This document shows positions 49,496 to 58,291 of a stretch of 64,000 nucleotides of DNA, one piece after another; the first letter of the stretch is position 1, and each line of letters opens with the position of its first letter. The DNA is from an uncultured Planctomycetia bacterium (GTDB taxonomy: Bacteria; Omnitrophota; Gorgyraeia; 1-14-0-20-64-10), in assembly GCA_964373715.1 (NCBI GenBank), contig CAYJVR010000001.1:149164-213163 (forward strand). The letters run 5' to 3'. The translations under genes were made by a program, and so were the position numbers. Below the pieces are notes generated by a model. That model worked only from the letters and a program-made list of their open reading frames with translations, searched no databases and was not told the origin of the DNA.

Positions 49496-49859
49496 ATATC
49501 CCCGCGTTAGCGAGGCTGTCCCGTGCCAGCTGACGGTGGGGGGATACACCCTTGTCGCTGAGACACGGAATATCAGCTGCGGCGGTGCCCTATGCAGGCT
49601 CTCCAGCGTCGTCGCCCCGATGACTCAGATGGAGATCTCTTTCCAGCTTCCCGGGACTATACCCGGTGTTTCCGGCCGGATGATACGGTGTGTGGGGGTT
49701 GTAGTTCGCCAAGAAAAGGAAAAGGTTCTCTCGGCCGGCGATGCCTCCGTGCGTTTCACGACCGCTATCTACTTTTCCGAACTGAAACAGGAGGACCGGC
49801 GGCTCATCGCTGAATTTGTCCTGCAGAGCATGCTCTCCCACGACCGTCGGCGCACCTAA
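49473..49859 (+). CDS. PilZ-domain protein
   Basis: RRKYPRV...NISCGGALC PilZ motifs. Internal ATG after the hydrolase gene preferred. Confidence 0.65.
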   Translation: MGFAERRKYPRVSEAVPCQLTVGGYTLVAETRNISCGGALCRLSSVVAPMTQMEISFQLPGTIPGVSGRMIRCVGVVVRQEKEKVLSAGDASVRFTTAIYFSELKQEDRRLIAEFVLQSMLSHDRRRT

Positions 49860-49885
49860 AGCGAGTAGCTGTAATGAGTAACACC

Positions 49886-49922
49886 AGCGTACTGCCCTTG
49901 GAGGTAGTACGCTAATTTTTTT
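49886..49922 (+). terminator. Rho-independent terminator after the PilZ gene
   Basis: AGCGTACT ... AGTACGCT 8-9 bp stem followed by AATTTTTTT. Confidence 0.5.
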
Positions 49923-50062
49923 GCGCCGCATCGTTTCACCAACTCCACGTATTCTTTCCCCAGGTTTGGCCAGAGATAGAACATTTTAGACATCCCTTGA
50001 CAAAACAGGCTTTTGTCGGCAACACTTGTAGTAGAGAGATAAGAGCTTGTTTTTTAATGTGT

Positions 50063-50162
50063 TAGTGCTGAAAAGGGCAAACGATTCGAAAGGATCGGGC
50101 GCAATGCTAGAGGTCCTCCCCGCTAAAGTCTAATGGTGGAAGGATAGCTCGGCTGCCAGCAA
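50063..50162 (+). promoter_or_regulatory. c-di-GMP-I (GEMM) riboswitch aptamer
   Basis: Reads AAAAGGGCAAACGAUUCGAAAGGAUCGGGCGCAAUGCUAGAGG ... GGAAGGAUAGCUCGGCUGCC. It aligns motif-for-motif with the Vc2 GEMM-I consensus (GGGCAAACCAUUCGAAAGAGUGGGACGCAAAGCCUCCGG ... GGUAGGUAGCGGGGUUACC). Closing stem GCUG/CAGC. Confidence 0.65.
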
Positions 50163-50177
50163 AAGAAAGGTTTCGCG

Positions 50178-50207
50178 CCCATCCTGTTATTGCAGGATGG
50201 GTTTTTT
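50178..50207 (+). terminator. intrinsic terminator/expression platform downstream of the GEMM aptamer
   Basis: CCCATCCTG-ttattg-CAGGATGGG followed by TTTTTTATTT, 24 nt before the next start codon. Confidence 0.6.
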
Positions 50208-50230
50208 ATTTGTCAGATTTTGGAGAATAG

Positions 50231-50446
50231 ATGGCTGATAAAACCAAACTGTCGATAGAAGAAGCAGCCCGGTGGTTGGGTGTTTCGAGCCGAACCGCTT
50301 ACCGGTTGGCTCAAGCCGGCAGAATTCCTGCCTTCAAGGTAGGGGGACAATGGCGTTTCAGCGAGAAGATGCTCGAGGAGTGGATGGCCGACCAGGTAAC
50401 CATCAAGCGCCTCCAGGTGGAAGAAACGAGGAGGAGATCCGCGTGA
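50231..50446 (+). CDS. excisionase-family (MerR-like) helix-turn-helix DNA-binding protein
   Basis: 71 aa. LSIEEAARWLGVSSRTAYRLAQAGRIPAFKVGGQWRF matches the excisionase-family HTH (TIGR01764-like). Confidence 0.65.
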   Translation: MADKTKLSIEEAARWLGVSSRTAYRLAQAGRIPAFKVGGQWRFSEKMLEEWMADQVTIKRLQVEETRRRSA

Positions 50447-50516
50447 ACGGCCTTTTTGTTTTCAGCGAATCCACCGGAAAGTTTCTGAGGAACATGCCGG
50501 GGAAGAGGAAACGATC

Positions 50517-52907
50517 GTGAAGGTGAAGGCGAAGTTATTAGCGGGATTCGGGATCATGGCGTGCATCGTCGCCGTAGTTGCCGCACTCAATTTCTATGTT
50601 GCCCACCAGGTCAACAGGCTCAGGGGTGTCGAGCTTCCCATGGAGCAGAACCTCCGTAGGGTAGAGGTCAGTATCTGGGAAGCAATCCATGCGGCCGACT
50701 CCTTTAGGTTCACGGCAGATCCTGCCTATGAGGAGCTCTACTTCAAGCAGTTGGGTGACGTGGATGGGTTTTATCTGAAATATCTGGACTTGATCAGTAC
50801 CTCAGAGGAGAAGCAGTACGCGGAGGAATTCAACCGCTTCTGGGCAGAAGGCAAAGCAGCCGGCGAAAAGATACTTAAGTTCATCCGACAACAGCGGAAA
50901 GCCGAAGAGACTTTTTATGCGGAGATTAATTTTTCCGATGAGGTGATCGACTCCAAGATCCAGGCCAAATTCTCTCTAGAAGACCCACAGCTTTTAGCCA
51001 AGGAACAGACCCTCCGGGAAGTGGAGGTCAGCATCTGGGAGGCAATCCATGCGGCCATGCAGTATACCAGTTTGACCCCAGAGATTCCGGGGTCTGGATC
51101 CCCCCCGAAGACCTACCAGGAGTTCATGGAGAGAAAGTTTAAGGATGTGGAGACCTTTTGGGCTAAGTATAAGACCTATGCTACCTCCCCGGCTGAGCGA
51201 GAAGCGATTAAGGAATTTGAGATGCATTGGCAAGCGGCTGTCCCAAAGGGAAGACAATTGGTCGAGTTGCAGGATAGAATTCAAGCAGAGTTTAGCCTGC
51301 TGTACCAGGCCGCAGAAAAAACCGGTGACGTGATCAATAACAAGATGCAAGCGGTCATTCAAGAAAGGGTAGAACAGCGAAATTCCCAGTCAAGACAAGT
51401 CACTGCGCGGGGAATGGTGCTGGCGATAGGCAGCTTTATCCTGGCAATTTGGATCAGCTTGGGGTTAACCCGTTTGATCACGGTGCCGCTCGGAAATCTG
51501 GCGAATGCCGCGAAGGAGATTGAGCAGGATAATTTTTCGGCTCGGGCTGAGGTGAGCACAAGGGATGAGATCGGGGAGCTGGCGAAGAGTTTTAACCGGA
51601 TGGCTGAGGAGCTGGAAAGATCCAGAGGAGAGATGCTTTTCGCCAAGGCATATGTGGAAAACGTGGTCAACTCGATGGCCGATGCGCTGATTGTGATCGA
51701 TCTTGATGCCCAGATTCAGACCATCAACCAAGCAGCTTGCCAGCTTTTGGGTTACGAGAAGGAAGAGCTTCTGGGGAAAGCCGTAAGTTTCATTGCTGTA
51801 AAAGAGCGCATCTTTAAAGGCACAGGATTGGAGAAACTCACCCGGAAAGGTGTTTTAAAAGAAGTGGAGATGACGTTCACGGCCAAGTCGGGAGAGCGGA
51901 TCCCTGTTTTGGTAACGGGGAGCGTGCTGTTGGGTGAGAAGAAACGCAAGGCCGGAATTGTGATGATGGCGCAAGATATGCGTCAATCCAAAACGGTTGC
52001 GCAGCTTTCCAAACTGCAGATTAAGGACCAGGAAAAGAACCTAGAGTTGGAGCTGAAGAGTCGGGAGCTGGAGGAAAGACGCAGCATCTTAACCGCCCTT
52101 CTGGAAGATGCAAACGCCGCTCGGAAAGAGGTGGAGCGCCGAGAGAAACAACTCAAGGAGACCCAGGCGATGTTGGTCCAGGCAGGGAAGCTGACAGCGC
52201 TTGGCCAACTGGGGGCCGGGGTTGCCCATGAGCTGAATCAGCCGATTGCCGCCATTCTGGGGTTCTCGCAACTTTCCTTAACCCAAATTCCCTCCGATCA
52301 TCTCTTGGCCCCTCATTTAAAGCTCATTGAAGAGCAGAGCAAACGGATGGCCAAGATCGTGGACAACATCCGATCGTTTGTCCGGGATTCTCACGAGAGT
52401 CACGAGGCGATTTCTCTCAATCAGCCGATTGTGGACGCGCTCATGCTGATGACGGTGCAACTGAAAGGCAGGGGGATCGTGGTGGAGACCCGGCTGGATT
52501 CGAATCTTCCGCTGATAGTTGCCGATAGCAACGAGCTCCAGCAGGTGTTCCTGAACCTGTTGACCAACGCGCGGGATGCGGTGATGGAGAAGGGGCCGGG
52601 AGGAAAGATTCAGATATCTACTTTCTCCGATGGAAGCGATTGGGTGGTGGCTAAAGTCAGCGATACAGGGACGGGTATTCGCGAGGAGATTCGAGAGAGG
52701 ATATTTGACCCCTTTTTTACGACTAAGCCGCCGGGGAAAGGGACCGGCCTGGGGCTTGCCATCGTGTCCGGGATCATGGCCAATCACCAAGGGACGATTG
52801 TGGTGGAATCCGTTTCGGGCGAAGGGGCGACGTTTGTTGTTAAGATTCCCGTGGTGAAGCAACAAAAGAGGCAGAACACGAAACAGAAGTTGAGGGCGAC
52901 AGCATGA
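50517..52907 (+). CDS. sensor histidine kinase with duplicated periplasmic helical sensor module, HAMP, PAS, HisKA, HATPase_c
   Basis: GTG start. TM. Two copies of a ~120-aa module ([11 protein letters not shown]...). Second TM and HAMP. PAS ([14 protein letters not shown]). H-box [15 protein letters not shown]-boxes DTGTGI / GTGLGLAI. Confidence 0.85.
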   Translation: MKVKAKLLAGFGIMACIVAVVAALNFYVAHQVNRLRGVELPMEQNLRRVEVSIWEAIHAADSFRFTADPAYEELYFKQLGDVDGFYLKYLDLISTSEEKQYAEEFNRFWAEGKAAGEKILKFIRQQRKAEETFYAEINFSDEVIDSKIQAKFSLEDPQLLAKEQTLREVEVSIWEAIHAAMQYTSLTPEIPGSGSPPKTYQEFMERKFKDVETFWAKYKTYATSPAEREAIKEFEMHWQAAVPKGRQLVELQDRIQAEFSLLYQAAEKTGDVINNKMQAVIQERVEQRNSQSRQVTARGMVLAIGSFILAIWISLGLTRLITVPLGNLANAAKEIEQDNFSARAEVSTRDEIGELAKSFNRMAEELERSRGEMLFAKAYVENVVNSMADALIVIDLDAQIQTINQAACQLLGYEKEELLGKAVSFIAVKERIFKGTGLEKLTRKGVLKEVEMTFTAKSGERIPVLVTGSVLLGEKKRKAGIVMMAQDMRQSKTVAQLSKLQIKDQEKNLELELKSRELEERRSILTALLEDANAARKEVERREKQLKETQAMLVQAGKLTALGQLGAGVAHELNQPIAAILGFSQLSLTQIPSDHLLAPHLKLIEEQSKRMAKIVDNIRSFVRDSHESHEAISLNQPIVDALMLMTVQLKGRGIVVETRLDSNLPLIVADSNELQQVFLNLLTNARDAVMEKGPGGKIQISTFSDGSDWVVAKVSDTGTGIREEIRERIFDPFFTTKPPGKGTGLGLAIVSGIMANHQGTIVVESVSGEGATFVVKIPVVKQQKRQNTKQKLRATA

Positions 52908-52977
52908 AACAGCTCAGGATACTGGAGGTGGATAACGAAGCGGAGCAAGTGGAGCAGCAGAAGCCAAGAGGTGCCGA

Positions 52978-53355
52978 ATGAGGATTTTGGTGGCGGACGA
53001 TGAACAAGTGATACGGGATCTAATCTTCCAGGTGCTGCGGATGAAGGGGCACGAGATTATACTTGCCACCAACGGAAAGGAGGCGGTGGCGCAGGCGGCC
53101 TCCGATTCCTTCGACGCGATCTTCCTGGATGCGGTGATGCCGGAACTGGATGGGTTTGAGGCCTTCAAGCAGATTCGGTCAAGGGATCCCCATGCGGTGG
53201 TGGTGATCATGACCGGGTTTGCCGTGGAGGAAGGGATACGGGAAGCGATGGTTCTGGGAGCTTTCGACTTTCTGTACAAACCTTTTAACATCGTAGAATT
53301 GATGATGATTCTGGAGAAGATGAAGAAAAGAGAGAGCTTAAAGCCCTTAACGTAG
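52978..53355 (+). CDS. single-domain response regulator (CheY-like receiver)
   Basis: ILVADDE...FLDAVMPELDG...K in the receiver pattern. 125 aa. Confidence 0.8.
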   Translation: MRILVADDEQVIRDLIFQVLRMKGHEIILATNGKEAVAQAASDSFDAIFLDAVMPELDGFEAFKQIRSRDPHAVVVIMTGFAVEEGIREAMVLGAFDFLYKPFNIVELMMILEKMKKRESLKPLT

Positions 53356-53362
53356 AGGACAG

Positions 53363-55816
53363 ATGACAGAGAACAGGGGACAGAAAACAGAGGACAGAAG
53401 CGAGAAGAGCATCCGAGCGATCCAGCAGGAGGGGAAGAAGAAGTTGCGGTCAGCGCGGCAGATCCTTTTGGTCGATGACAACGACGCGCTGCTTCAGCTT
53501 ATGTGCGAATTGGTTGAGCAAATCGGCTGTGAGGGGATCAAAACGGCTTCGGTCTCTGAAGCGATGAAGGTTCTTGAGAAGAAAACCTTTCCACTGGTGG
53601 TCACCGATCTTCGGTTTCCTGCCGGTCAGCCGGATGGGCTGGATCTCCTCAAATGGGTGAAAGAAAGAGCCCCCTCCACGGAGGTGATTCTCATCTCGAG
53701 CTTTCCCTCTCAGGGGGCTGCTGTGGATGCCCTGGAGAGTGGCGCAAGCGATTTTCTCATTTGCCCCTTTCCTTCCAACCAGTATGCCATCGAGGTGATC
53801 CAGCGTGCTTTGAACCGTCAGGCACAGTCCGAAAGCTTGCGGCATATGACCGAAGAGGTCAAACACAGGAACATCGAGCTGGAGATGCTCTACAAGGTTT
53901 CTAATGCTATCGGTTACACCCTCGATTACGAGGTTCTGATGCGCCTGGTTATGGGTTCTTTAACCCAAGCGGTTCCATTTGATTTAGCCGCTTTCCTTCT
54001 CATTGTTCCGGAGAGAACGATGAGCGTCTACCTCAGAGAAGGGATTCCAGATCGCTGTATAGAGCGGTGCAGAAAACAGGTGGTTGAAGCGTTTAGTCTT
54101 GTGGGGGGTGTCTGGCAGGGAGATGAGGGCTGCAAATCGAACGTGACGCAGATTCCTCCGGGTCCCTCCTCAGAAGCCAGCGATACGGTCGGTCATTCCG
54201 AGCAGACCTTTTACAATTGTCCTCTTTTGGTGGGAGATCGCCTGATTGGTATGATTGCCATAAGCTCCATCCATGGCCAGCGGTTTGAAGAGTCCGATGT
54301 GCGGTTTGTATCGACGGCAGCTAACCAGATGGCCGGAGCCATTGAGCGGATTCGCCAGATCATTCAGTCTGAGAAGAGCAAGATGGAGATCATGGTGGAA
54401 AACATGGTAGAAGGGGTAATCATGATCGACCAGAAAAGAGAAGTTGTCGTCATCAACCCCCGGGCAAGGAAAATGCTGGGCTTCGGGACTGAAGAAGTCC
54501 CCTCCTCGAGACGCGTCAAAGACAGGCTCAAGACGCTGGGACTAGATCTTTGCGTGAGGGAATGCGAACAGGAACAGCATATTGTGACGAAGGAATTCGA
54601 CCTTTCCGAGGCGATGGGATCCAAGTGTCTCGCCCGCTGTCAGGCGAACTTGGTGAAGGACGCGGCGGGTAACCTCCTCGGGCTTGCTCTGGTTTTGACC
54701 GATGTGACCCTGCAGAAGGAAATTGACCAGATGAAAACCGAATTTGTTTCCATCGTTTCACACGAACTGCGTACCCCCTTGTCGATCACCAAGGAGGGGA
54801 TTGCTCTTGTGTTGGACGGGGTTCTGGGCGCTTTAAACACGGAACAAAACGAGGTTCTTTCCGCAGCCCAGAACAACATTAATAGATTAGCGCGCCTCAT
54901 CAACGATCTTCTGGATGTTTCCAAGCTGGAGGCTGGCAAGGTTGAGCTCAAAAGGAAGCGAATGAACCTGGAGGATCCCGTTCGAGAGGTGGCTGCGCAG
55001 TTTGCCCCTCAGGTGAAAAAGAAGGGATTAGAACTTCAGATCGACTTTCCCTCAGGGGGGGTGGAGCTTTATGCTGATAGGGATCATTTAATTCAGATTT
55101 TCGTCAACTTGGTGGGGAACGCTCTCAAGTTTACTCCCAGCGGTACCATCCGGGTCTTCGCTCGGGAGAGTCCGGATGGTGTGGAGTGTGTGGTGGCCGA
55201 TACCGGAATCGGAATTTCCAAAGAGGATCTCCCCAAGGTTTTCTCCAAGTTCCAGCAGTTCGGCCGTGTCGCCGGCAGTGGCGCAAAAGGGACGGGTCTG
55301 GGCCTTGTTATCGTCAAACAGATGGTGGAGCTTCACAAGGGAAAGATCCGGGTCGAAAGCATGTTAGGCACAGGAACCACCTTTACGTTTACCTTGCCCA
55401 GATTTACGGCGGAAGAACTGTTTCGGGAGCGAATCTCAGAGCCTCTGAAAAGAGCGCAAGGGTCCAGGGCTCCTTTGTCTTGCCTTTTGTTCGATTTTAA
55501 AGGGTTTGATACCCGATGGGGGAAGCTGGGCAGGGACGAGGCGGCGGGCCGGATGAAAGGTTTGGAAGAGCAAGTCAAGAAACTCCTTCGCAAGAACGCA
55601 GATCTAGTCCTTGGGGAGAACTACACCCTTCTGGTGATCCTGCCGGAGACTCAGCGCCAAGACGGTTTGAAGGTTGCGGAACGGATTTTACAGGTAGTAG
55701 GAAACCAAGGGGCTTTACTGGAAGGCAATCCACCCCCTGCTGAGATAGTTTATCGGTTGGCCACTTTTCCCGAGGATGGTGAGACAGAGGAAAATCTATT
55801 AAGGAGATTGTTGTGA
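53363..55816 (+). CDS. hybrid sensor: N-terminal receiver, GAF, PAS, HisKA, HATPase_c, C-terminal degenerate GGDEF-like domain
   Basis: REC (ILLVDDND...VVTDLRFP). HisKA SIVSHELRTPL. HATPase DTGIGI/GTGLGL. C-terminal ~150 aa LLFDFKGFDTRWGKLGRDEAAGRM...LVLGENYTLLVILPET aligns to GGDEF (GENYT in place of GGDEF). Confidence 0.8.
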   Translation: MTENRGQKTEDRSEKSIRAIQQEGKKKLRSARQILLVDDNDALLQLMCELVEQIGCEGIKTASVSEAMKVLEKKTFPLVVTDLRFPAGQPDGLDLLKWVKERAPSTEVILISSFPSQGAAVDALESGASDFLICPFPSNQYAIEVIQRALNRQAQSESLRHMTEEVKHRNIELEMLYKVSNAIGYTLDYEVLMRLVMGSLTQAVPFDLAAFLLIVPERTMSVYLREGIPDRCIERCRKQVVEAFSLVGGVWQGDEGCKSNVTQIPPGPSSEASDTVGHSEQTFYNCPLLVGDRLIGMIAISSIHGQRFEESDVRFVSTAANQMAGAIERIRQIIQSEKSKMEIMVENMVEGVIMIDQKREVVVINPRARKMLGFGTEEVPSSRRVKDRLKTLGLDLCVRECEQEQHIVTKEFDLSEAMGSKCLARCQANLVKDAAGNLLGLALVLTDVTLQKEIDQMKTEFVSIVSHELRTPLSITKEGIALVLDGVLGALNTEQNEVLSAAQNNINRLARLINDLLDVSKLEAGKVELKRKRMNLEDPVREVAAQFAPQVKKKGLELQIDFPSGGVELYADRDHLIQIFVNLVGNALKFTPSGTIRVFARESPDGVECVVADTGIGISKEDLPKVFSKFQQFGRVAGSGAKGTGLGLVIVKQMVELHKGKIRVESMLGTGTTFTFTLPRFTAEELFRERISEPLKRAQGSRAPLSCLLFDFKGFDTRWGKLGRDEAAGRMKGLEEQVKKLLRKNADLVLGENYTLLVILPETQRQDGLKVAERILQVVGNQGALLEGNPPPAEIVYRLATFPEDGETEENLLRRLL

Positions 55817-56181
55817 AGGTTGTTCTCATCGTAGAGGATGAATCGGAGCAGAGCAAACTTCTCCAGATCCGGCTGGAGGCAAACGGCTTCGGGACGATTA
55901 TTGCCAAAAACGGCCAGGAAGCTTTGAAGGAGGCTGAAAGCGGCAGGCCAGACTTGGTGATCGTGGATCTTCTGCTTCCCGATATGAACGGTTTTGAGGT
56001 TTGTCAGCGGCTGAAAGAGGCTCCCGAAACCCGGCAGATTCCCGTTGTCATGCTCACCGCCTATCCTGTGGAAGATGTCGAGCGCCGGTGTCTAGAGTCG
56101 GGGGCTTCTCTCTGTTTGAGGAAACCCTATGTGGCTTCGGAACTTCTCGCAGAGATCAAACGGTTGCTGAAGAAGGTGTAA
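55813..56181 (+). CDS. single-domain response regulator
   Basis: VLIVEDE...IVDLLLPDMNG...K pattern. Confidence 0.8.
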   Translation: MKVVLIVEDESEQSKLLQIRLEANGFGTIIAKNGQEALKEAESGRPDLVIVDLLLPDMNGFEVCQRLKEAPETRQIPVVMLTAYPVEDVERRCLESGASLCLRKPYVASELLAEIKRLLKKV

Positions 56182-56239
56182 CCGATGGCGAAAAGGCGGA
56201 TTCTCTTGTCTGTCTTGGAGGCCTTGGCAGGACCGACCG

Positions 56240-56644
56240 ATGCCTGAGAAATGCCGCATTCTGATCGTGGATGACGAACCTGATCTTGTCAGGCTGGTCT
56301 GCTTGCGCCTGGAGGCGTCAGGCTACGAGGTTTTGGTGGCCATGGATGGGGAGGCGGCTTTGGCGAAGGCTCGGGTTGAAAGGCCTGATTTGATCCTCCT
56401 AGACCTGATGCTTCCGAAAATGGATGGCTACCAGGTCTGTCGCCTCCTTAAAAACGACACTCGCACTGCGCCAATCCCTATCGCCATCTTTACAGCCAGA
56501 AGAGGAGAGTACGATGAGGAACTTGGGAAAGAGTGCGGGGCCGACGCCTACATCCGAAAGCCCTTTTGGCCGGAAGAGTTGTTGGAAACGATACGGTTGC
56601 TGCTGTTAAAATCACATGGCTCAAAAGCCGGTTTCTTTCACTAA
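56240..56644 (+). CDS. single-domain response regulator
   Basis: ILIVDDEPD...LLDLMLPKMDG...K pattern. Confidence 0.8.
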   Translation: MPEKCRILIVDDEPDLVRLVCLRLEASGYEVLVAMDGEAALAKARVERPDLILLDLMLPKMDGYQVCRLLKNDTRTAPIPIAIFTARRGEYDEELGKECGADAYIRKPFWPEELLETIRLLLLKSHGSKAGFFH

Positions 56645-56718
56645 AACATCCCCCTAGTTTTCACTTTTTTGACTTCACTTGTCTTGTCAATCGCATCGTT
56701 GCGGAGTACCATAAAAAC

Positions 56719-57834
56719 ATGATTGTCGGTGTTCCTAAGGAAATCAAGAAGGACGAATATCGGGTTGCGCTTGTTCCGGCCGGTGTCGCGGCGCTCCGGC
56801 AGGCGGGCCATTCCGTTTTAATCCAGTCAGGCGCTGGCGCCGGGTCGAACATCGCAGACAGGGAATACACCGAAGCCGGGGCTGAAGTTGTCGAGTCGGC
56901 TGATTATATCTTCAAGAAAGCCCAGCTGATCATGAAGGTCAAAGAGCCCCAGCCGGTCGAATACGGGAAGCTTCGGATTGGTCAGGTGATCTTCACTTTC
57001 TTTCATTTTGCAGCCAACAGGGAACTTACGCTGGCGATGATCAAGCAGAAAACGGTCTGTATTGCCTATGAGACGGTAGAGGATTCCCACGGGCAGCTGC
57101 CGATTCTCATCCCGATGAGCGAAGTGGCCGGGCGCATGGCGGTACAGGAAGGGGCGAAGTATCTCGAAAAGCCGACGAAAGGGAAGGGGATCCTTCTGGG
57201 CGGTATACCCGGCGTGGCTCCGGCTGCTATCGTGATTCTCGGCGGAGGCGTTGTGGGGGCGAACGCGGCCAAGGTGGCGGCCGGTTTCGGGGGCGAAGTG
57301 ACGGTGATGGATGTGGATTTGAACCGCCTTCGGTATCTGGAAGATATTATGCCGAAGAACGTCTCCTTTTTAATGTCCAACGAGCATAACATTGCGCGGA
57401 AACTCGGAGTGGCCGATCTGGTTTTTTGTTGTGCGCTGATTCGCGGCGGACGCGCCCCGATCCTGATCAAGCGCTGGATGCTCAAGAAGATGAAGCCCGG
57501 ATCTGTCATCGTGGATGTAGCGATTGACCAAGGGGGGTGCGCGGAAACCTCCCGCCCCACCACGCATGCGGCGCCCGTCTACTTGGAGGAATCGATCGTC
57601 CATTACTGTGTGACGAATATCCCCGGCGCTGTCCCGATCACCTCCACTTACGGCCTGACGAATGCCACGCTGCCTTTCGCGCTGCAGATCGCCAACAAGG
57701 GACTTTCGCGCGCCATGAAGGATAACCCGGCTCTCGCGCGTGGTCTGAATGTTGCGCGGGGAAAGGTGACCTACCGGTCTTTGGCGCAGGATTTGAATCT
57801 CACGTATACGCCCCTCAGACGCGTTCTCTCCTAG
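56719..57834 (+). CDS. ald: alanine dehydrogenase
   Basis: MIVGVPKEIK...VALVP. Rossmann fold ILGGGVVG. AlaDH/PNT C-terminal region. Confidence 0.85.
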   Translation: MIVGVPKEIKKDEYRVALVPAGVAALRQAGHSVLIQSGAGAGSNIADREYTEAGAEVVESADYIFKKAQLIMKVKEPQPVEYGKLRIGQVIFTFFHFAANRELTLAMIKQKTVCIAYETVEDSHGQLPILIPMSEVAGRMAVQEGAKYLEKPTKGKGILLGGIPGVAPAAIVILGGGVVGANAAKVAAGFGGEVTVMDVDLNRLRYLEDIMPKNVSFLMSNEHNIARKLGVADLVFCCALIRGGRAPILIKRWMLKKMKPGSVIVDVAIDQGGCAETSRPTTHAAPVYLEESIVHYCVTNIPGAVPITSTYGLTNATLPFALQIANKGLSRAMKDNPALARGLNVARGKVTYRSLAQDLNLTYTPLRRVLS

Positions 57835-57859
57835 GGGGACTTCCTGTGATGGCAACCCC

Positions 57860-58291
57860 ATGACCTCTTTCCGCCAGTTTTCTTCCGGAGGGGTTGTCTA
57901 CCGCAAGCTGAAAGGTGTGATTCGGATCGCGCTGATCTCCCGGCAGGGAGGCGAAATCTGGAGCCTTCCTAAGGGCCACATTGACCCGGGTGAGACCCCC
58001 GAGCAGGCCGCACTGCGTGAAGTGCGGGAAGAAACCGGTTTGACGACCCGGATCATCTGCAAGGTGGGGGATATCCACTACTGGTTTGCTCCGGCGCCGG
58101 GCGCCAAAAAAATCTTCAAGAAGGTCTCCTTTTTCCTCATGAAGCACACCGGCGGCGACATGAGCGACCACGATTTTGAGGTGGATGAGGCCCGCTGGTT
58201 TCCTCTCGCGGAGTCCCTCAAACGGGATTTCTACCCGAGCGAGCGTCTTCTGATCCGGAAAGCGAAAAGGATGCTCCGTGAGGCAGATTGA
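57860..58291 (+). CDS. NUDIX hydrolase
   Basis: Nudix box GHIDPGETPEQAALREVREETGL. Confidence 0.8.
   Translation: MTSFRQFSSGGVVYRKLKGVIRIALISRQGGEIWSLPKGHIDPGETPEQAALREVREETGLTTRIICKVGDIHYWFAPAPGAKKIFKKVSFFLMKHTGGDMSDHDFEVDEARWFPLAESLKRDFYPSERLLIRKAKRMLREAD

Noticed and set aside
50231-50446. Excisionase-family HTH gene as a marker of a prophage or integrative element
   Set aside because: No integrase, att-like repeats, tRNA junction or phage genes nearby. It heads a signalling operon behind a riboswitch, so a regulatory role is more likely.
52904-52977. 25-aa ORF ([25 protein letters not shown]) between the kinase and the receiver gene
   Set aside because: Too short, no RBS, overlaps the kinase stop. 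Likely chance.
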